A program made the position numbers and the translations under genes. The notes under the pieces were generated by a model. That model saw nothing but the letters and a program-made list of their open reading frames with translations. It did no database searches and was not told the origin of the DNA. From an uncultured virus (IMG/VR IMGVR_UViG_3300043499_000172) (taxonomy: Duplodnaviria > Heunggongvirae > Uroviricota > Caudoviricetes), in the IMG/VR virus record IMGVR_UViG_3300043499_000172: 20,000 nt of DNA; one strand, written 5' to 3'. Below, in pieces: positions 15,013 through 20,000 of the stretch (its first letter is position 1; every line of letters starts with the position of its first letter).

Positions 15013-16365
15013 ATGACCTACTTTTCTTTCACCGACAGCGGCGACGCCTACGACGCCTGCCAGTGCAACGAAGACCTGACCACCGGCACGGTGTTGAAGG
15101 TCCGCGACGACAGCTACTACGGCCGCGTCACCGGCCGCGACGAAGACGGCTTCCGCGTTCGCGAGTTCAGCGAGCCGATCAGCGTCACCATTATCGGGCT
15201 GGCGTGGGCGTGGCCGATCGCGGTCACGATCGAGGCCGGCGAATTCCACGGCATCGAGGAGGACACCGGAGCCTATGCCCGTGTCATCGCCGATGCCGGC
15301 TTCACCCGCGAGCAGATCGCCGAGGCGGTGGCGATCGCCGACAGCCTGTCCGCTCCCGTCCGCCCGATGTTCCGCATGTGGTTGGCGGCGCAGGCCGAGG
15401 CCGAGGCCGATCGCCTGGAGGCCGACACCGATTTCGATTTCGGCGACGACATGGCCACCCCGGCGGCGGAGATGCGCAGCAATGCCCACATTGCCAACGG
15501 CGGCGAGCGCGGCGGCGGCAGCGACGCCGTCGCCTGCCCCAAGTGCGGCGGCGCCGGCCGCGTCCAGTGGGGCGAGTGCTTCCGCTGCAAGGGCAGCGGC
15601 CGCGTCGGCAAGCGCAGCGCAGCCGCATCCAAGGCCCGCGCCACCCGCGACGCCAATGAGGAGGACACCAAGCGCAGCCAAGCGCGATTGGTGGCGCGGC
15701 TCGAAGAGGTGCAGGAGTGGAACGGCTACGCCCAGAGCCTGCTCGCCAAGGTGGACACCTACGGCACCCTCAAGTCGTGGGATGTCGAGAAGGCCACAGC
15801 CATGCTGGACAAGCTCGACGCCGGCAAGGCCGAGCGTGCGGCCGGCAAGGCCGAGGCCCGCGTGGCGGCGGCGCCTGCGATCGATAATATCGGCGCCATC
15901 GTGGCGCTATTCGACAAGGCTGGCCAGCGCATCGCCAAGCGGCCCATCTTCCGCACAACCGAGATCACGATTTCGAAGGCGCCCGATGCCGGCAAGAACC
16001 CCGGTGCGCTCTACGTCAAGCGCACCTCCGACAAGGCCTATTGCGGCAAGATCGTTGGCGGCCGATTCCTGGCAGGCCACGGCGCCCCTGATGTGACCGA
16101 GGCCCTGCGCGCGGTGGCGGTTGACCCGACCGGCGAGGCGATCAGGTACGCCAACGAATTCAAAGCCTGCTGCTGTTGCGGCACCGTCTTGCGCAACCCG
16201 GTTTCGGTGGCGGCCGTCGTCGGCCCGATCTGCGCGAGCAACTGGGGTCTCGAGCATCTGCGCATGGCAGCGGCCGAGATGCTCCAGGACGAGCGCGACA
16301 TGGACGCGCGCATCAACGATGCGAACCTAGTCGCAACGATTATGAACCCATCGGGTGAGGCATGA
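15013..16365 (+). CDS. Multidomain protein: N-terminal unknown domain, DnaJ-type Zn finger, C-terminal DUF6011-like Zn ribbon (450 aa)
   Basis: CPKCGGAG...CFRCKGSG; GKNPGALYVK...YCGKI; CCCCGTVLRNPVSVAAVVGPICA. Confidence 0.85.
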   Translation: MTYFSFTDSGDAYDACQCNEDLTTGTVLKVRDDSYYGRVTGRDEDGFRVREFSEPISVTIIGLAWAWPIAVTIEAGEFHGIEEDTGAYARVIADAGFTREQIAEAVAIADSLSAPVRPMFRMWLAAQAEAEADRLEADTDFDFGDDMATPAAEMRSNAHIANGGERGGGSDAVACPKCGGAGRVQWGECFRCKGSGRVGKRSAAASKARATRDANEEDTKRSQARLVARLEEVQEWNGYAQSLLAKVDTYGTLKSWDVEKATAMLDKLDAGKAERAAGKAEARVAAAPAIDNIGAIVALFDKAGQRIAKRPIFRTTEITISKAPDAGKNPGALYVKRTSDKAYCGKIVGGRFLAGHGAPDVTEALRAVAVDPTGEAIRYANEFKACCCCGTVLRNPVSVAAVVGPICASNWGLEHLRMAAAEMLQDERDMDARINDANLVATIMNPSGEA

Positions 16366-16397
16366 GGCAGCACCCACAACGCGAGGAGAAATCGCAA

Positions 16398-16715
16398 ATG
16401 AGCAACCCCGACATGATCAGCGAGCGCGACGCAATCGCCTATCTCAGGCAGCGGTTCCCCGAGGCGCGGCTTGAGTTCATCACCACCGGCGGCACCGGCG
16501 GCGGCATGGTCACTGGCCACATCTTTCACGTTGGACGGTCGAAGCATGCGGCCGGCTACCACATCCGGCGCGACATGCTGGAGTTGTTCGCGGACGGCAT
16601 CCAGTACAGCCGCGACAAGGCAGCGCAGCGCAAGGCCGAGCGCGAGCGCATCGCAACCCTGCGCAGGCACGAGCGCATGGTGGCCGACTACGTCAGCGAG
16701 GGGCTGGGAGAATGA
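16398..16715 (+). CDS. Hypothetical protein (105 aa)
   Basis: GAGGAG RBS before ATG 16398; alternative start 16362. Confidence 0.75.
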   Translation: MSNPDMISERDAIAYLRQRFPEARLEFITTGGTGGGMVTGHIFHVGRSKHAAGYHIRRDMLELFADGIQYSRDKAAQRKAERERIATLRRHERMVADYVSEGLGE

Positions 16716-16888
16716 GCCATCACCAGAAGCGCGAGACCTGTGAGGCGTTGGACGCCGTCCTGATGGACGTGCTGCGCCTGAAGCAGGAAGAGGCGTGGCG
16801 CGTCACAGAGGCCTTGCATGCCTATGCGCAGGCCATCGCGGACGATGAAATAGACCGGCTTTTCAATCGCGGCGACTACCGCGGCTGA
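16712..16888 (+). CDS. Small hypothetical protein (58 aa), absent from the ORF track
   Basis: Manual translation MSHHQKRETCEALDAVLMDVLRLKQEEAWRVTEALHAYAQAIADDEIDRLFNRGDYRG; ATGA overlap with the upstream stop. Confidence 0.7.
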   Translation: MSHHQKRETCEALDAVLMDVLRLKQEEAWRVTEALHAYAQAIADDEIDRLFNRGDYRG

Positions 16889-16965
16889 GTGTCATCTAGT
16901 ACTACATCGAGACCGGCCGCCGAGGCGGCGGCCGGGAACAGGAAACAGGAACAGGAAACAGGACC

Positions 16966-17157
16966 ATGAAAACCGTGACCATCGAATGTTGGGACATCAG
17001 CGGTAACCGCTGGCGCCCCGTCGGCACCGCCATCAGCCACATGCGGGCGCAGCACTACATCAACGAGCAGAAGGCCAAGGGGCTGCAGGCCCGCTATCGC
17101 GTGACCCGCGACGGCATCGTGCTGGCCGCTCCGAGCATGCGGAGGGCGCAGGCATGA
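16966..17157 (+). CDS. Small hypothetical protein (63 aa)
   Basis: Preceded by tandem ACAGGA repeats; ATGA overlap with the next gene. Confidence 0.75.
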   Translation: MKTVTIECWDISGNRWRPVGTAISHMRAQHYINEQKAKGLQARYRVTRDGIVLAAPSMRRAQA

Positions 17158-17960
17158 TCCGCACAGCAGCAGAGATGCGCAAGGCGTTGCGCAAAGGCAC
17201 ATGGTGCGGCGTGATCCTCTACGAGGGCGCTAGCCAGCTCGACGGGGCGCCGATCGTGGCGATCGCCAACAAGATCACCAAGGCCAGCGCCAACAGCAAG
17301 ACCGGCGCCATGGTGCAGACCTTCGTTATCCGCTCCGATACCGATCCCATGGCCGCACTGGCCAGCGGCGCCGATGCCAGCATATGCGGCGACTGCCAGC
17401 ACCGGCCGAGGGTGATCAATGGCAAGCGCAAACGCACTTGCTACGTCAACGTCGGCCGCTCCGTCCGCAGCGTGTTCGAGGCCTACAAGCGCGGCCGCTA
17501 TGCCCGCCCCGGCATCGACTACGACCCGGCGATCCTGCCCGACCTATTCGCCGGACTGGCGTTCAGGTGCGGCACCTATGGCGACCCAACGGCGGCGCCC
17601 TATCAGGTTTGGCGCCGCGCCACCGTCAAGGCCGCGGCGATCAATGGCTACACGCATCAGTGGAGGCAGGGACGGTTTGCGCCGTTCCGTTTCCTGTGCA
17701 TGGCCAGCGCCGACAGTGTCGCCGACCTGGAGGAGGCGCACGCCAAGGGGTGGCGCACGTTCCGCGTCCGGCATGCGTCAGAGCCTGTGCTGGCCAAGCG
17801 CGAAAAAACCTGCCCGGCCAGCGCCGAGGCAGGCCACAGGACCACATGCGACAAGTGCCAGGCATGTGGCGGATTGTCCGCAAAGGCGCGCGTTTCCATG
17901 GTGATCGTGGCGCACGGCTCGACCGCCAAACATTTTCAACCACAGGAGTTAGCAGCATGA
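17154..17960 (+). CDS. Cys-rich phage protein, possibly Fe-S binding (Gp88/radical-SAM-like) (268 aa)
   Basis: ILYEGASQLDGAPIV, NSKTGAMVQT, ICGDC...CYV, RCGTYGDP, GYTHQW, MASAD, GWRTFRV, CPAS...TCDKCQAC. The CDS is secure; the function is speculative. Confidence 0.8.
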   Translation: MIRTAAEMRKALRKGTWCGVILYEGASQLDGAPIVAIANKITKASANSKTGAMVQTFVIRSDTDPMAALASGADASICGDCQHRPRVINGKRKRTCYVNVGRSVRSVFEAYKRGRYARPGIDYDPAILPDLFAGLAFRCGTYGDPTAAPYQVWRRATVKAAAINGYTHQWRQGRFAPFRFLCMASADSVADLEEAHAKGWRTFRVRHASEPVLAKREKTCPASAEAGHRTTCDKCQACGGLSAKARVSMVIVAHGSTAKHFQPQELAA

Positions 17961-18142
17961 CCGAGGACTTTAAGTGGCGCTTGTTTTGGTCAGAGCCGCA
18001 CAAGCGCGCGGCGATCGTCACAGCGCAGGGCTACACGGTTTGTCAGCCCAAGCTGAGCCAACAGGTGGCCGCCGGCATCGTCGGCGAGCACAACCGGCTG
18101 GTGGCACTGATGGAGCAATATCGAAAGGATGGGCTGCTATGA
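17957..18142 (+). CDS. Small hypothetical protein (61 aa)
   Basis: AGGAG RBS; ATGA overlaps at both ends. Confidence 0.75.
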   Translation: MTEDFKWRLFWSEPHKRAAIVTAQGYTVCQPKLSQQVAAGIVGEHNRLVALMEQYRKDGLL

Positions 18143-18345
18143 GTTGGGTTATCGTGTTCGACACGCTCTGCACCGGCTTCGAGCCGATCCGCGATGGCGA
18201 GACCAATGAGCCTTGCACCTATGCGACAGAGGCAGAGGCGCAGGCCGAGATCGATCTGGATCCAGAATTTTACGCTGATTGTTGGCCGGCGCCGATCGAT
18301 GAGATTGGCCACAAGGCGATTTTTCACGGGAGGACAAGCGCATGA
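18139..18345 (+). CDS. Small acidic hypothetical protein (68 aa)
   Basis: AAGGA RBS; ATGA overlaps; YATEAEAQAEI motif. Confidence 0.75.
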   Translation: MSWVIVFDTLCTGFEPIRDGETNEPCTYATEAEAQAEIDLDPEFYADCWPAPIDEIGHKAIFHGRTSA

Positions 18346-18731
18346 CGACCAACACCGAGTTGCTGTTGCTGGCACTGCTCAGCGAGGCGCGCGACCTGAT
18401 CGCGGAAGCGATGGACGCCCACATCTACGACGCAGCCAGCGGCGAGGCGCCCGACGCCGATTGCGGATATGCCGACTTCCTGCAGCGCGTCGAGCGCGTC
18501 CTTGCGCGTGAGCAGCCGCAGGAGCGGCAGCCTTTCACGGTCGTGGCCACCTATGCGACGCCGAGCGGTCGTTGCGGCCGCTGGGAAGGCCGAGTCCTGG
18601 CGACAGCCGACACGGTCTATGCCGTGGCCGAGGCAGCGCTGCGCAGGCAGCGCAAGATCGGCGGCAAGATGGACATGCAGGCATTCGGCCGTGACGAGGC
18701 AACGCAGCGCATGGCCCCCGTCCGCGCCTGA
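18342..18731 (+). CDS. Hypothetical protein (129 aa)
   Basis: GGAGG RBS; ATGA overlap; followed by a terminator. Confidence 0.8.
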   Translation: MTTNTELLLLALLSEARDLIAEAMDAHIYDAASGEAPDADCGYADFLQRVERVLAREQPQERQPFTVVATYATPSGRCGRWEGRVLATADTVYAVAEAALRRQRKIGGKMDMQAFGRDEATQRMAPVRA

Positions 18732-18754
18732 CCCGGCAGCACCGACCTCGAGCT

Positions 18755-18788
18755 AACGCCCGGCCCCGTGCCGGGCGTTTTCGTTTGT
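18755..18788 (+). terminator. Rho-independent terminator
   Basis: AACGCCCGGC-CCCGT-GCCGGGCGTT perfect 10-bp stem followed by TTCGTTTGT. Confidence 0.85.
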
Positions 18789-18833
18789 GCTAGCGTTCTG
18801 GCCACACAGAGGCCCACAGGACGAGCGAGACGC

Positions 18834-19490
18834 ATGAACCGGCACATTCGACCACCCAAGGCGCCCGCGCGCGCTGGCGGCCCCTCTGAGCGGCCGCTAA
18901 CGCCCAAGCAAGAGCGGTTTGTGCAGGAGTATCTCACCGACCTACACGCCACCAACGCAGCCAAGCGGGCTGGATACGCCCCGAAATATGCCGACAGGCA
19001 AGGCCCAGCCTTGCTAGTGGACTCTAGAGTTCACCAGCGTATCGCCGAGGCGCAAGCGCAGCGCCGCGCCCGCGTCGAGGTGGATTCGGACTTCGTCCTT
19101 CGCCGCCTTCTCGAGGAAGTGAACGCCGATGCCGGCGACCTCTATGACGACAACGGCCGCCTTCTCCCGGTCAAGCAATGGCCCGAGGCGTGGCGCCGCG
19201 GGCTGGTCAGCACGATCCGCACCACCAAGCTATACGGCCGCGGCGAGGATCGCGGGACGGAGATCGGCGAACAGGTGGACGTCGTGCTCGTCGACCGCGC
19301 GCGGCGCCTGGAACTGCTAGGCAAGCACATCAAAGTAAATGCCTTCAGCGACAAAGTAACAATCGGGCTGGAATCGCCCCTGCAAGAACTGTTTAAGCAG
19401 ATCGCAGGCAACGTAATCCGGCCGCGCGACGGCCAGGATGCGCGCGTGATCGAGCATCAGCCGCTGGATCCAGAGGACAATGCAACCTAG
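18834..19490 (+). CDS. terS: Terminase small subunit (218 aa)
   Basis: LTPKQERFVQEYLTDLHATNAAKRAGY...LL...I...VLRRL...LELLGKH pattern; CAGGA upstream of ATG 18834. Confidence 0.93.
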   Translation: MNRHIRPPKAPARAGGPSERPLTPKQERFVQEYLTDLHATNAAKRAGYAPKYADRQGPALLVDSRVHQRIAEAQAQRRARVEVDSDFVLRRLLEEVNADAGDLYDDNGRLLPVKQWPEAWRRGLVSTIRTTKLYGRGEDRGTEIGEQVDVVLVDRARRLELLGKHIKVNAFSDKVTIGLESPLQELFKQIAGNVIRPRDGQDARVIEHQPLDPEDNAT

Positions 19491-19493
19491 CAT

Positions 19494-19684
19494 GGGCGCA
19501 GCGTAGGGGCGCAGCGCAACCGCGGGGTTGCAGGAGGCCGCAGGCCGGGAGGCGCCTCGCTTCGCTCGGCGTGCGGCGTGCTCGCTTCGCTCGCACTAGT
19601 TAGTGGTCGAAGAGAGTGCACTCGCTTCGCTCGTGCCTCGTCGCGCTGCGCGCTCCTCGCTGTGGTGTTCGCTGCGCTCACGAG
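19494..19684. repeat. Array of GNA-triloop mini-hairpins, including three exact CTCGCTTCGCTCG copies
   Basis: Copies at 19556-19568, 19581-19593 and 19621-19633, plus GCA-loop variants on both strands. Confidence 0.85.
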
Positions 19685-19887
19685 TCTTTGCTGGGTCCCG
19701 GCCCTGGCGGGCCGGGGGTGGCATCTGGATGAGCGTTGGAGTCCCACGATCGGATTCCTCTGATTAGTCCGTCGGCCTCACGCCCCATTTGAGCGGGTCC
19801 CTTTTGCCCCCCTACCAGGAGACACCAAAAACGAATTACCTCCCCTAACGCCGGTGGTCTCATCTCACCAACCACCAAACCGCGTAC

Positions 19888-19960
19888 CTGAAGGTGCGCC
19901 ACCCGCCGCACTTTCAGGGACGTCAAGGGACCGAAGGTCGCCCGCCCCCCGCACCTTCAG
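19888..19960. repeat. Three 11-bp repeats CGCACCTTCAG (one inverted, two direct)
   Basis: CTGAAGGTGCG 19888-19898; CGCACTTTCAG 19907-19917; CGCACCTTCAG 19950-19960. Confidence 0.8.
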
Positions 19961-20000
19961 TCCCGCCCCGTGAGAAAACCCCGCACCGCATGCTACCAGT

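Noticed and set aside
11629..19411. Minus-strand and alternate-frame ORFs over primase, early genes and terS (e.g. 12538-13485, 11682-13337)
   Set aside because: Arg/Ala/Pro-rich frame artefacts overlapping genes with recognisable motifs.
19556..19633. 13-bp triple repeat as a CRISPR array or tRNA
   Set aside because: Repeats too short, spacers unequal (12 and 27 bp), no cloverleaf or T-loop consensus.
19487..19926. Short ORFs after terS (19578-19763 +, 19487-19747 -, 19678-19926 -)
   Set aside because: No RBS, atypical composition, and the sequence is better explained by hairpin repeats.

Overview
A 20-kb, GC-rich segment of a tailed dsDNA bacteriophage (or prophage), probably infecting an alphaproteobacterium (inferred from promoter style and protein families, not proven). 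A leftward operon (11099 to beyond position 1) begins with about 12 small accessory genes (HTH and winged-helix proteins, Zn-finger proteins, a lipoprotein with an HExxHxxGxxH motif, DUF932). It ends in a replication module: Cas4-like/DUF2800 exonuclease, putative SSB, family A DNA polymerase, a 353-aa multidomain unknown and an SNF2-like helicase (truncated by the window edge). Divergently, the + strand carries a VRR-NUC nuclease, an 862-aa primase-helicase, a probable replication origin, a sigma70-type promoter-driven cluster of small hypothetical genes, an intrinsic terminator and the terminase small subunit. The most unusual structure is non-coding: (i) a post-terS array of hairpins with a constant GA-GC-GNA-GC-GA cap on covarying stems; (ii) tandem ACA(N)GG repeats before three separate start codons; (iii) two matching TTGACA-N18-TA(C/G)AAC promoters. 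I see no integrase, CRISPR array, tRNA, reverse transcriptase or recognisable defence system. All family assignments are from motif recognition by eye, not database searches.
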